Part shown: positions 25,399-40,312 of the stretch, piece by piece
Layout of the letters: every line of letters begins with the position of its first letter
How positions within the stretch are numbered: the first letter of the stretch is position 1
Assembly: GCA_012295275.1 (NCBI GenBank)
Contig: CM022678.1
Location: 2,542,001 to 2,606,000, forward strand
DNA length: 64,000 bases
Source: Chrysomallon squamiferum
Lineage: Eukaryota > Animalia > Mollusca
Reading direction: 5' to 3'
Made by a program: the position numbers and the translations under genes
The notes under the pieces: generated by a model
Database searches by the model: none
Seen by the model: only the letters and a program-made list of their open reading frames with translations
Told to the model about the DNA's origin: nothing

Positions 25399-25820
25399 AT
25401 GTTTGAAAAAAAGAGTATGAAGTTGCTGCACAATATAGCAAAGGGTAAATGTTTGAAAAAGAATATAAAATGCTGCATACTGTTTTTCCAGGGGAAAAAT
25501 GTGCTCCTTAATGTTGTTAAGAGTTCAAAACTTACTGTGCTCAGTAATGTAGTCAAAGGTTGTTAAAAAAAAGAAGTGGAAAAGGAGATTAATGATCGCC
25601 TTAGTGTGGTTGTGTAAACATTTTAGAGCAAAAAATGAATGTGCTTCAAAATGTAGTCAAGGGTGGAAAAATCAGAAAGGAAATCTGTAGTGTCTATAAT
25701 GTAGCTAAGTCTTAGAAAACTGGGGGGAAAAAAAATTAGATATATATGTAAAAATTAACAGTCTCGTTAATGAAGTCAAGAGTAAGAATTAGAAAGGAAA
25801 ATAACATGGCTCTTAATAAC
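25360..25820 (+). repeat. Degenerate tandem copies of the CaaX-stop coding cassette in the 3' UTR
   Basis: Variants of TGCTCCATAATGTAA at 25384, 25427, 25471, 25502, 25538, 25642, ~25690 and ~25761, each preceded by an A-rich Lys-like tract. Confidence 0.65.
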
Positions 25821-27069
25821 CTGATAAAAAATAATGGCATTAACTACCTCCATTCCATGATCATGTGGAAAGACAATTCTAGGAAGTTACTAATGCAGAA
25901 CTTTTTAGTTCTGTGTGTCACATGAATGCTTCTTTTGTTTTTTTATTAAAGCCCAGCCTTATTTGATTTTTTCCACTGCCGTTTTAATTCAGTTTGGCAT
26001 CATGTAACATAAAAATTCACTTTTAATGTTAACTGTTAGTTAATTGTGTCTCTCAGGATGGAGTTATTGTTCTTTGTCTAAAAAGTTGTGTCCCTTTGTA
26101 TGTAGTTGCTGTGCTAGATAAGAAAATGATTTACAACAACAGAAAAAAATGTTTTTAAGAAATGAAAAAAAAGCTGAGAATGTTTTAAGACATACATAAT
26201 TTTGAAATAAGTAGCAGGTTTCAAATTGTCTTGGAAATCTGTTAAGTTTAATTGTTTTAGAATTCTTTTATAAGAAAGAAAATCTTTTATTTTTACTATA
26301 AAATGATAAATAATAAATATCAGAGTTGAACAAAATATATGTATAGTTATATTTATTTTTCTTATTAATTTATTCCAAACATTCCATGATATTTTGTATA
26401 TATTTTGATTTTAATAACATTTGGGATATTGGGGGGGGGGAATAATGATAGGGATAAATTTAGTGATGTCTCAAGGAGAGTAATATTCAGGTTTGGTTAG
26501 GTCATGTCAGAAAAATGTTTATAAAATCTGTTTTTTGTTGTAATTTTCAATTGATTAATTACTGACATACAGTGATAGAGAAATTTTGAGGGTTCAAGAA
26601 AACAATTTAAAATTAGAAATACTTTAGGAAACTGATTATTTTATTGTAAAATTAAAATAAAAAAGATAATTTATATTCATGTATGGTTGATTTAACAACA
26701 GAAATTATATGAATCTAGAGTTTCTATATATAAATATTGTCATTTAAAATATCAAAAACAAAAATTTTGGAGCACTAGTGATACTGATTTTTTTTTTTTT
26801 TTTATCTTGTTACCCATTTTATTTTTCACATCAGTCTTTAACCTTATTTCAGTTATAAAATGCATTATTAATTTTTTTTAATTTTTTTTTTTTTTTAACC
26901 ATACCAAATATATTTTATTGAAATGTGAATTTTAGATGTATTTTTTTTTTTTTTTTTTTATAATCTATTTTTTTTTTATTATTCTTATATTTATTGGTTA
27001 ACTTTCAAATAACTGTTTTATTATTGTAAGATGGAATCAAACCAAAATATGGCTTCTCTCTTTGTGCTT

Positions 27070-27108
<39 letters not shown>

Positions 27109-28290
27109 AGCATTGTGGAATAACTAAGATGTACATAAATGTTCAATTAAAATAAAATAGAAGGAATTTATCATAGAACTATAATATTTATACACATTAG
27201 GTGGTGTTTGTTTTAAAAGAACAAATAATAATTATAATAAAAATAATGATGATAATAATAATAATAATAACAACAAAATGTAAATAAATAAATACAAATA
27301 AGCAGAAAACTTTAAAAGAAAAATTAAATCATGACTAGGTGAATAATATCCAAATGTTTCCAAATAAAAAAGGTAATAATATATATTAATTTATACATGA
27401 AATAACTTCTTACTATGTTAAGAATGTATGAACGTTAAAATGGCAAATGCAGTGAGTCTCTGTAGAGCAGCAATCCCCATTCTAACCTGTGCAAGATAAA
27501 GCTGATGTCTTAAGATAGTAAAAACTAAATGAAATGAGCTTATTTTTTCTCTCAAGATTAATAGATTCATAGGTTTCACTTACCAAAAAAAAAAAATGTA
27601 TATATATATATGAAAACTCGTATTTTTATAAGAAAAATCGTCATATATAGTCATCACATCTTGCAAATTACCTATTAATATTAATTTTAAAAACAAGTAT
27701 TCACTCTTGTAAAAAATAGAAATTAAAAACTAAAAACATGGTCAATTCAAATAATCATCACATCTTCATTTTAATTATAATTTAAATATAATTGAAAAAA
27801 TTACATGAATTACATTTACTGTGTCATTTTAAATTATTTTTTGTGTCTACATGTTTAGATTGTTTTACAATAATTTTAGAATAATTTTATTTTGGATTCT
27901 AAATCTGTGATATTTTTATTTTTAAATTTCAAATAGGTACTGTGATATTTTATTTGTATTACATAATAAATTAAAAAATATATTAACTTTTCACCGCATT
28001 TGTTTTGAATTACTCTATTCATTTTGTCACCTTTAATTTATTGCGATTATTATTATACTTTATTGTGTGTGTGTGTGTCTGAGTGTGTATATGTGTGTGT
28101 GTTTAAAACATGAAAAAGACATTTTGTTACTGTGTAAATTGATTTTTACACACACACACGCACAAACAGAACATATTCTTACATAGCACTTCTCACTGAA
28201 CGTTTTGGTTACAAGAGACGTGTATATATCACATGACAAATATGACAAGAGATGGCAGATTTATACAGTTTTTATAAGACCTTTTTCACT

Positions 28291-28400
28291 TCTGCACTAG
28301 CAGTAGAAAAAAAAAAAATTGTAACCCAATATTGAGTAAAACCTCTGCCAACACTGGGTAAACATAAATTGCAAAACACCCATCATTTTTCTAGCTTCAA
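28291..28400 (+). repeat. Dispersed ~110-bp repeat, copy 1
   Basis: TCTGCACTAGCAGT..AAA..AATATTGA.TAAAA.CTCTGC.AACA is shared with 49656-49762. Confidence 0.6.
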
Positions 28401-28470
28401 AGACTAATATTTGGAGAGATTCAGGACAATAAAAAGTATATTCATTAACCAGAATAAATAGTATATAGGC

Positions 28471-28553
<83 letters not shown>

Positions 28554-28608
28554 ATCAGTAAAAAATGAAAACGGACAGCACCCAAAGAAGTGTAACTATT
28601 TACTGCAG

Positions 28609-28670
28609 TGACGTCAGAATAGATATAAATAAATAAAAGAAGAACAGACGACAACAAAACGTCACTTCCG
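28609..28670 (+). promoter_or_regulatory. CRE-TATA-ETS compact promoter
   Basis: Palindromic TGACGTCA at 28609-28616, TATAAAT at 28624-28630 and ACTTCCG at 28664-28670, immediately upstream of ATG 28684. Confidence 0.55.
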
Positions 28671-28683
28671 ACGACATCAAGTT

Positions 28684-30027
28684 ATGAGTTGTTTCAAGCG
28701 TGAAAACTGCCGGGCTGAAATACGTCCAAAACGAAGCGAAAGCAGAGGTGTTATTGTGCAGCAAGCTTCATATGATAACCTAGTGAGATTCTGGGAAAAG
28801 AAAAATCTCTTATGCTTACCAACAAAGATTTCCAGCGTTGAGGAAATTCAACAAACATGTAAAACCTCTATGCATTTGTTCTACGACCATAGTACTTTTA
28901 GTAGTTCAGCAGATTATTATTATTTATTTATTTATTTTTTTTTTTTTTTTTTTTCTGATAATATTAATTTTGAAATCGATTAATAAAATTCCAAAAGTAC
29001 TGTTAACCGAAATATTAAAACAAAAAGAGTAAACGGTTAATAGCGTTGAATATCGGATGTAGTGAGTAATGTCTGCAAGAAAAATCTGACATTTTTCCTA
29101 AAATGGCCAAATCTTTAACTATTTGTTAATGTTATCCTATTTGCCAATACATAATGGAGTATATTACTATCCGTATCTAGTAAATATGTTTTAATAAATT
29201 AATAGTGCATGATACCGTGCCTTTCATGAATCTCTTTACTTACACCGATGTCAAAATTACTGCATTACTTATTCTTTGACTGAATGCGTACACAACCATA
29301 ATTTTAATACATTTTTCTTGGTCCCATACTTGTGCGGTTTTCAAGGGTTTCTATGAAATTTGGCCAAAATTTGTAAAAAAAAATAATAATAATAATAATA
29401 ATAAATAAATAAATAAAATCGGTGATGAAACCAGATCAATAATTGCTCGATCAGTGATGGTCGACCTGTAGTTAAGTGTATTCTAAGTATATTTAACGAA
29501 CATTCCACAAAACTGCGTCGCGCTATATCTGTACAAGCTCGAGAACACAACTTTAAATTCCTTGTTTGATATTTCAGTGCGTAAACGATCCCCGATAACA
29601 GCACCGAACCCAAACACAGGATCGGACGAAGAGCAGAGTCCAACGTTTAGAGAACTAAAAAGTATCCCATCCAGTCCGTCACAATACCACGACAATCCAT
29701 GTCAGTTCAGTGATGTCAGGTTGAACTGTTCGGCTCTTGACAAGAAATCCGGATCCATACAAGAAAATGTTAAGATGCTGCTGAAAAACAGAGAATTATT
29801 AGCCACAGCTAGGCAACGTCCGTCCACCATTCTGATGAGAAACGACAGGCCCGCCGCGTTCACAGATCCAGCCACCGCCTCGAAGCCCAGTTTACAGAGA
29901 ACCGTTTCGTCACCAGAACCAACGAAGGCAAACTGCAGGACGTCCGGACCGGCGCTAGTTGCCAGAACTAATCCTCAGAAGCGATCTCGAACCACGATAC
30001 CTGCTTCGAAGACTGAGCAGAGGGTCG

Positions 30028-30058
<31 letters not shown>

Positions 30059-30224
30059 GCCTGCAAAAACCGCGGATCACAACGATCAGCTGAACACGCC
30101 TAAAAAAACAGCCGCGCCTGCTTACACCCGGGAGCAGAATACCCAAACGAGGTTTACCTCAGAAGCTGGTTCTGCTACCGTTTCACGGCAGAGCCCACGA
30201 TCTGAGAGGCCGGTGAAAAACTAG
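28684..30224 (+). CDS. Uncharacterised Ser/Thr/Pro/Arg-rich, probably disordered protein with a poly-Ala tract (2 exons, ~273 aa)
   Basis: GC-richer 647-nt open exon 29578-30224 after the acceptor CTTGTTTGATATTTCAG. Putative exon 1 is 28684-28858; its weak donor T|GTAAAA is phase-compatible. No recognisable domain. Confidence 0.55.
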
Positions 30225-31526
30225 CAAGAAAAACCGAGATCAGACCAAAGCTAAGAACTCAGTCGAACCTCGTGGAAGCTTCGGTTCGACAAATGGTTCT
30301 CAATCTCGGGTGGGGCGTAGCCTTTCTTTTTATTGTTCTCCTCCACTTCTTGTTGTTTGTTAACAAAACCAGCATAAGTCGCAAAGAAAAACGCAGATAA
30401 ATCCACCAATAACATAACTGTCCGCAATGTTTGGTTTTTTTGGCAGACGTTTGTAGCTAAATATATATTTACTACGTACGTGTGCGTGTAGATGTGTGCG
30501 ATTTGTGTTTGTGCATCCGCATGCGTTTGTAAATGTATATGATTTGTGTGCGTGTTTATCGGTTCAGGGAGTGTATGTGCACGTATTTTTTAAATATTAT
30601 ACTCTTTCGGAGAAACTTTTTAAAAATATATATTTTCTGCCTTCTGGTTAATATTTCATTATAAAATCATTAAATATAAATTGAACTTTATTACTGTTAT
30701 TTAAAAAAGCATATATATATATATATTATTATTATTATTATTAAATGTTGTTTTATATTTCATTATATATAATAAAAATATTATTGTATGATTTAGATGG
30801 TGTTGTATTATCCCCGCAGTATCTCCGTGTCAAAGAAAACGATAAAAATATTAACAGCAAATAGTAATAACCAAGTACACCATTACGACAGTCTCTGTGT
30901 AATTCAAATTTCAAAGATGATGCAACAAATGACGTTGAAGTGTTTGAAAATGTCATTCAGTTTTGTCTATGGCAGTGACTTCAGGTAGCCTGAAAAATAG
31001 AAGGTGTTAGGTCGCATGATCGATCGTCATTATACCCTGAAAGGGCCTCTTTAGTCAGTTTGTTAAAGGTTGAACGTTTTACCCTGCCTGCAGAAAGGTG
31101 AACGTAAAACATAAAATAATAAAAACGAAAAGAAATTTGTTTTGTGCGTTAACCGGCATAAGTAAATAGTGGAATAGTGTTTACATATGCAAACACATAC
31201 ATAAATATATGAGGGGGGGGGTGATGCAAAAGACCTTTTCACTAAAAAACATTGAAATTTAAACGCCTTTAGATGCATTTTTTTTTTTCTCTTTCTTTCT
31301 AATATTTTCGAGTCGTTATTTTATTTTATTTTTTTTTTTAATCAATATTTTTTTATTTATTTATTTATTTATTTTGCATAAAGGGCGCTATATATATATA
31401 AAACGTTAAAATTTGGGAATTTGGTAAACCAAACTGATAATTTTCACCAATTTTCTCCTTTGCGACGTAAGGAACCGAAACTAAAAGCTACGGAAACGGA
31501 AGTCGCCTTTAGTCGTCATTTCCAAC

Positions 31527-33526
31527 ATGGCCGACAATAATGATTTAACAAACGAACAAACCGAGCAATTACTTCAGTATCAGGTTTTTATCTTACTGAT
31601 ATTGTATAATACAAAACATGACGTATTCTGCAACTTATGCTTATGTTAAAGATAAACTTTGTAAATGTTAACATTTAATATATGTAACACATTTTTACAC
31701 GCAAAATATAAAAATTTATTATATCATTTTTTTTATTGTTTTTTTTTTGGTTATTATTTTTTTTTTTTTCTTCTCTCTTTTCGTTTTTCACTGATAGCGT
31801 TACTTTTAACTCTGTACAGGATTGAATTCAGTGGATTTTCACTTTGTGCATACAATGTAAAATTCACCGAACATTTCTGTTGCACTTATACTGTTTCAGC
31901 CTCTGAATCGAACATTAGATACACAAAAAATTAACTTGATTAAGCCTTAATTCAAAGTAGTTTCGTTACTGTTATTTACATAAAATAAATTAATAATCGC
32001 ATCTTTGTAATGCTAATCTTACAGATAATAAAAGTGTACGTTTAGAAATTCTATAGAAGTAACCATACCTGGTATATTTATTTATATACTTTTTCTATTT
32101 TTATCTTCAGCGTTAACCGTAATGAGCTGAAACATTGTAAACAAGTTAAAACAAATTTCTGCGTGATCTGACACTTCCACAAGAAAATATAAACAGTTGT
32201 ATTATACATCAAAATGCATACAAAAATTAATAAAGAATCGGACAATTCAGTTTTTCAAATTGTTCAGATTTTATTTATTATTGAATTATAAATAGATGGA
32301 AAAAATACAATTCTTTTGAATCTGTTTCACTTCATAATTAATGTAATCTATATATATGTATTTATATATATTATTTTAAAACATGACAAATGTTAAGGTT
32401 ATGGTAATGTAATAAACCATAATGATTTATCACATTTGATTAACATACTAAGACACTAGACGTGACTGAACTTGTTATGCAGAATAAAATGAAAATTACC
32501 ACATCTTTCTGAATTACTCTCCAAATGCCAAAATAGGGGGATGACAAATATTTTTGAGAGTGGTCGAGTCAAAATGGAAAATTTTCTGCCCCCCCCCCAA
32601 TACTGTTTAAAAATTTGATGTTATGCCTAAAATAGCATTAATTAATTTTTTTCTAACAGGATTTGACGGGCATTGATGACATCGCACGATGTCGAGAAGT
32701 ACTCCAGAGACATAACTGGGACATCGAGGTAAACTTCTTCATTTTAAAACTGATCTGGAATTCTGAGATAATGTTCATAAATAAACTGTTTGTTTTTTTT
32801 CATTTCTCCTGTATAGTAATTTAGATACAATATAGTCCATAAATAATATTTTGACGAAATCGGTGAAATGATTAAAAATAGATTTTTGATTTTTTTTGTG
32901 TGTGTTTTCAGACTGCCGTACAAGACACATTCAATGAGCGTGAAGGAGCCCCCCGTGTGTTCAACCAACCGGAACCACGCCAGCCATCCATGAACCTTGA
33001 ACCTTCTGATCAGAGGTAGTGAAATCTGTGAAATGTGTTTTCTTTCCGAAAATTTAAATTCAATAATCTAACCAGTGTATTAAAATACAGGTGATACCAT
33101 TGATCAACGTCTTTCTTGGCTGAAGATGATAATTTCACTTTCTGTCAAATTAAAATGTTCTGTGATGCATGGGACACAGTAAATAAATAAATAAAATAAT
33201 AATAGAAGAATCATTTCATTAAGAAACAGGAAGTCGAATTTTTTGCATGCTAGGCTGTGAGGTGTTATTTAATTAATTGTGCCGTCTCCGAATGTTTATT
33301 TGATTTTATTTTCTTAGACAAAAGGTCAAGAAATTATCTTCTGTAAAGAACACTTTCATTTTTGTTGTCATCCGATTATCAGTGTATGTGCATTACATTC
33401 CTAAAATAGACACACTGTTAAGTTTTTGTTAATATATTATTACTATTTCTGTTATTACTATTATTATTATTACTATTGCTATTATTGTATTACAATTATT
33501 ATTATTAATTTTATTAATTTTATTAA

Positions 33527-33563
<37 letters not shown>

Positions 33564-33987
33564 GAAGATTAATATTTTTAATGAATTCATTACTGTCATT
33601 ATTATTATTCAAAACAATTTTAACTGAATTTAAATTAACCACAGTCTACCTTTATGAATCTCTATATGAACTGTCCATTAAAGTAAGAATGTGTAATAAT
33701 AATAATAATTTTGAATTTTTATTTTCCAGAGTGTACACTGTAGAACGTCGCCAGCCCCAGGGGCTGGTACAGTGGGGGTACTTCCTCATACTCTTCCCCT
33801 TTAGATTTGTTTACATCACTGTCTGGGATATACTCAGATTTATATGTAAGTAAATAAACTCAAATAAACAAGATGTTTGTTTGTTTTCATCTTGAATAAT
33901 TCCACTTGCACAAGACGATCAAAAATTATAAAAAAAAAAAAAAAAAAATGTCATTTTAATTATTTTTTTTGGACATTGCACATTGCT

Positions 33988-34020
<33 letters not shown>

Positions 34021-35305
34021 TACATTTTTTTTTTTTATTACGTTATTTTTTTTTTTGATAATTTATTCTTTATCATAGTAATTTTATAGGTTTTTTTTGA
34101 TAAAGGAAAACCATAAAGTCGGTTAATGAACTGGTTTAAAGGGTAATATTTTTAATCAGGATGTAAAATATTAGTATTCAGAAATGAAGGTACATGTTTA
34201 AAATTGTTTTTTCATAGCTCTTGTTCTTGTTCATGTCAATCATTAAAATATTCAGCTAAGCTAAATAAAATTTACTGATTGCTTTAACATTTCATGCTCT
34301 GTCTCAGTAATGTATTGAACTTTGTTGCTGATTCTGTTTTGTCTGTTTTTTAATTTCAGATAGATTAATACGACCAGACCCGAGGAGAAGTGAGTTTAGA
34401 AATGAATTCATTCATTTATTTATTTATTTATTTATTTCGTTTATTTATTTATTTATTTTTAATTACTTAATTTACCACTTTTTCTTCATTATCACCAAAA
34501 CATTACTCGACAAAAATGCTTTCTGAATTATTATATGAATAATAACATTTTGGAAAAGATATTAATATTACTGAGAGAAATTAAAATTTTATTTGCTGCT
34601 CGTAGAATGTATGTCTGAAATCTAAATACTACAAATATAATAATGTAACAATATGTAAATAAATTCAAGCTTATTTTATAGTTTGGTTTACAAATCCACT
34701 GATACTAAAAATCAAGAAATGTAAATGTTAAATTTTTTATTTTTTGTTTGAGACACTACGTTTATAGAAAAACTCAGATTTTAGAGCACAGAACCATTTT
34801 GAAACATCAGATCTGATAGAACTAGTCTTGTACGTCAGCTTTAAATACTGAAAAAAAATCTGTGAACCAGAAAATATATTAATCACATTTGTTCATTCAA
34901 CACATTGTGTGGTGTAATGGCGGTTCAGTTCTAATTATTATTTCTGTGTGAAATCGAAACTGAGAGACATTTAAAAAAAAAAAAATTAAAATAAATGTCT
35001 TTAACGAACAGATGTCACGGATCCTCTGGGTGATGTTATTAACTTCATACGAAACTTTGAAGAGAAGTACGGCACCAATCATCCAGTTTTTTATCACGGA
35101 ACTTACAGCCAGGTATTTGCTTAATTTATCATCACAAACATCATCATCATCATTATTGTGATCAACATCATCATTAACGTTACCACCACTATCATCATCA
35201 CCATTATTATTATCATCATCATCATCAACATTGTCATCACTAACATTACCACCACTATCATCATCATCACCTTTATTATCATCATCATCATCATTATTAT
35301 CCATT

Positions 35306-35343
<38 letters not shown>

Positions 35344-35842
35344 TATTACTATCCTCATTGTCACTGTTGTTTTTACAACTGTATTATTATTCTTATTATT
35401 GTTACTATATTATTGTTATTTGTGTTATCATTACCATTATTATTGTTGTTAATCATTAAAAAAAAAAAATTACTTTCTAAATTAAAAGTTAATTGAAAAT
35501 TAGTGAGATGTTTTTTAGTTGGTGGTTTTTTTTTTTGGTTTTTTTTTTTAGTCCTTTTTCACTTCCAAGCAGAGAAATTCTTTTAATAATTATTATTTTT
35601 CAGGCTCTGAATGATGCAAAGAGAGAACTAAAATTTCTCCTCGTTTATCTCCATGGTGACGACCACCAGGACACTGATGAATTCTGCAGGTAAAATGTTT
35701 ACTCTGTATTTTGTATTAGTAATATTTAGTTAATTACAACAAATGTTTTTTTAATATTACTGAGCTTGAGAGGACTGACCAAATATTAAACAGAACTAAA
35801 GCATTTTACCGAAAACAGCATTATTTTCATTTTTGTTATATT

Positions 35843-35886
<44 letters not shown>

Positions 35887-38800
35887 AATTTAATTTTTTT
35901 TATTTAAATGCAGCTGAGGAAAATATCTTTAAAATTAATACGTGAATGCTAGATAAAAATGAAAATTCTCCATTTCTTAAAGGTTGTTTTAAATGTTTGT
36001 TCAAGGTAATGTTTATTAATTTTATTTCTAAATTTTAAAACAGGTTCTAATTTTTATTTCATATTAATCATGAAATTAAATTTAAAGGAGTTAATTTAGT
36101 TTTTTTAATTAATTTATGTTGTTATTGTGTTATTATTATTATTATATCATCATAATTATTACTTCTACTACTACTACTGTTATTATTATCATCATCGTCA
36201 TCAGGTATTATTTTTTTTATTTTCAGGAAAACGTTATGCAGTCAACAGATGTGTAATTTCATTGCTACTAGGTTGTTATTTTGGGCATGTAATACAAACA
36301 GTCCAGAGGGGTACAGAGGTAGGGATGAAAACACTGCCCCACGTGTGTGTGTGTGTGTGTGTGTGTGCATATACATAACTATATAGACTAAATTCTAATA
36401 GTTCTATATACTAAATAATGCAACATACAATTTTTTTTTTTTGTCCGTTTGCTAAAATAGATTTTCACTTATACATCTGCAAGAAAAGTGCATTTAAAAT
36501 TAAAATATAATTTTATTTTATTCTGTTTATTAATAAACTATATCAACTTCTGCTTTTTTTTTTTATCCGTTTTATTAATGTTAACAAAATAAATTTTCAT
36601 TTATACATCTGCAAGAAAAATGTATTTAAAATTAAAATATAATTTTATTTTTATTCTGTTAACACTTATTACACTATTGTACCTGTTATTAAAACTTTTA
36701 ACACTAGCGGTACACTATTCTGTTACTGCTTCTTCTTCTAGTACACTGTACCTGTTACCTGTTACTAATGTTAACACTAGCAGTACAATATTGTACCTAT
36801 TACTGTTTGTTATCAATGCTTGTACCTGTTACTGCACCTGTTACTAATGTTAACACTAGCAAAAAATATTTTTATAAATATTATTCTTGATAACATAACA
36901 GAAAAAAACTATTTTTATAAATATTATTCTTGTTTCGAAAACTACGTTATTATTAATCCAACTACAACTATTATTATTTTTATAATTACAATAAAATAAA
37001 ATGTTTTTAAAGATTTTTTTTGTTTTTTTTCTATTTCAGTGTCTCAAGCATTGAGAGAAAACACCTATCCATTTCTGGCTCTTGTCGTCCTCAGAGAAAA
37101 TAAAATGACAGTTGTGGCCAAAGTAGAAGGACTCATAGGTAGGTTTTGATTTTTTTTCTCTCTTTCTTAAAAAAAAATTATCTAATAAAATTCTTTATAG
37201 AGATTTTTATACTTTTAGGTTATACTGTTATCACCAATAAGAATGTCAGTGAAATTGTACTGTTTTAAAACTTTTTTTTTTTTTAAAGTGGGTAGTGATG
37301 TCATTGCATATATGGCATATCGTACACATATTTTGCTTAGGCTACAAGAAGCTTTCAAGTGAAACAATCTGCTATGTATCCATGACAACAGAAAGATGGC
37401 ACCTTGAATCTTTTTTTTTTAAACTCTGTTCTTTTTTTCTGTTTTCTTACTTTGTTATTGATTATGATTATGCTATATAGTTTAGACTATTTTTTGTATC
37501 TCCCTAATTATTAGGTTGTCTCTTGTAATTGCTCTAGAAAATACAGGTTCTTTTTTCTTTTTTTTAAAGATAATTTAATGCAGAGATAATTGATATAAGG
37601 ATATCATTTTTAGTAGGTGATTATTATCACTTTATATGTATATATATTATTTTAATGTAATAACAGGTGCTAATGATTTTTAAATCCTGTGGAAATTTTA
37701 TGTTCTGAGATGGTGGTTTAATATGTAAATTTTAATATTTCCTTTTAATTTCATGCAATGTTCTGTTGATTGATTTTCTGTTGTTGCTGTTATTATTACT
37801 ACTACTATTACTTTAATTATTATTATCATCATCATCATCATTGTTATTGTTATTATGACTGTTATAATTAGTTCTTATGTTACTGTATGATTATTATTAT
37901 TTCTGTTATTATTACTATTACTAGTATTAGTATCACTACTGTTATTATTACTATTACTACTGTTATATTATTATTATTATTATTACTGTTCTTATTATAT
38001 TAAGTATTATTGTTGTTTTAATGTTATTATTGTTGTTATTGTTATTATTGTTGTTATTGTTATTATTGTTGTTATTGTTGTTGTTATTATTATTATTATT
38101 ATTACAGACACAAATGACTTGATACTCAGATTGGAAAATGTGATGAGAGACAACGAGAGTTCTCTGATAGCTGCCCGGGCAGACAGGTAAAACCTCTTAT
38201 TTACATTTAATACTAATTTACTTCTTCAACACTGCCAGAATTACACTTCCCTCACATGGCCATTGTGTCCCTGAAAAAGTGGTCCATGTATTAATAGAAT
38301 GAGTTGGGTGTGTGTTCCCTTCGTCCATTGTTCGTTCATTCTTTCTTTCTCTCCTTCTGTTGATGTGTTTTTGCTGTGTTTCAGGGAAGAGAGAAGTTTT
38401 AATCAGACTCTCAGAGAGCAGCAGGATGCAGCTTATTTGGAATCACTGAAAGCTGACCAAGAAAAAGTAAACAGTTTTATTTACATAAAACAGAACTCTT
38501 TTTTTTTTCATAAAATAAACAATTTTTGACGTAAAATAATTTTTATGCAATTATTTACAAAAACCAATATTTTTTCTTACATAAAATAAACAAATATTTT
38601 TCTAATTTGTTGTTTTACTCATTTATTTAGAAACAGATGAAAATGATCTTAATGGAAAGAAAAACTAATTTTTAATTATTTTTTTTTTTTACTTAATATA
38701 GAAAGAAAATTTTTTTTTCTATAAACCATTGTTAATTATTTGTGAAATGTAAACAGATTTTGTAAAATGTAAAGACAGTTTTGTAAATTGCATACAATTA

Positions 38801-39436
38801 ATAAAATAACAGTAAACACTTCATTTTGATGTATTAATATAAAACAAATAAAATCACATAAAAAACCCCTAAATAGCAGATTTCATTATTAAAGTTGTAA
38901 ATGCTGTTATTCATAAACTATTGACATTTACGTTGTTTGTGGCTCACAGTCACAATCAGAGAGCAGTGTTTACTTAATAAACTGCTTGACATTTTTCTGT
39001 TTTCACTTTTATTCAGGAGAGAAGGAGAAGAGAAGAGAGAGAGAGACAAGAGAGACTGGAACAACAAGTGAGAGATGAAGAATGTGAAAGACTGAGACTT
39101 CTGGAGGTTGGTATTTATAAAAATTATATTTATTTTAAAAAATTAAAGAAAGAAGGAGCAGGAAAGGAACATAAATATTTTAAAAAATGTTTACGAATTT
39201 AAGTAGATGACATAATGTTTATTGTTTACTCGTTTATTTAGAAACCAACAAAAACAAGGAAATTAAAACTATCTTAAAGGAATGAAAAAAAAAAAAAAAA
39301 AAAAAAAAATAAAATAAAAGCTAATAATTTATTTTTCAGATTTTTATAACTTAAAAGACTCTTTTTTTAACATCTTCAATTATTATAACTGTTAATATTT
39401 CATGTTTATTATACTTTATTATTATTTTTTCTATCA

Positions 39437-39483
<47 letters not shown>

Positions 39484-40281
39484 AGCTTAAATCATAAGCT
39501 TGCCCTGTAATTTTATTTTATAATAATTTATTACCATTTTATTAATATTTTTGGTTTTACATTTTATTTTGTAATTTTTTATTTTATTTTTTAAACAGGA
39601 ACGTGAAAGTAGAAAACAAGACTACTTATAAATATTATTTTTTATTTTATTTTTTATTTTATTTTATTTTATAATATATTTTGTGTTTTTTTAAACAGGA
39701 ACGTGAAAGTGGAAAACAAGACTACTTATAAATATTATTTGAGTTTTATTTTATTTTATTTTATAATATTTTTTGTGTTTTTTAAAAAGGAACGTGAAAG
39801 TAGAAAACAAGACTACATATAAATATTATTTGAGTTTTATTTTATTTTATTTTATAATATATTTTGTGTGTTTTAAACAGGAACGTGAAAGTAGAAAACA
39901 AGACTTGCTGAGTGAAATTCCAGAAGAGCCTCCATCTGATCATCCTGACGCAATCCGAGTTTTGTTAAAAGTTCCCAGTGGAATGAGGCTGGAGAGACGA
40001 TTTCTCAAAACTCAGTCTTTAAAGGTTTGTTGTATTAATCACCTAAATAAACTCTGCATTTACCATTCACCTCTTGACTCTTCATGAATCTCCTAGATTT
40101 AACCTTCCCTGTGACACTGAGTTACAACAGAATCTAGTATAGTGTTGTTTTTTGGGGGTATCATCTATATTTATCATTGTTTTCGTTATTGAGGCTAAAA
40201 TGTAGATTCTTACCTCAGATTCTTTCTTTTATTGTTTTAATATTTTAGCTGTTACTTTTATTTTATTTTTATTTATTTATT

Positions 40282-40312
<31 letters not shown>

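Noticed and set aside
34897-35496. Poly-Asp/His/Ile ORFs, and likewise poly-ER/LS/CV/T/L ORFs at 44198-45499, 49111-49590, 51932-52604, 54464-54720 and 56862-57440
   Set aside because: Translations of intronic or intergenic microsatellites, apart from the real exons embedded in them.
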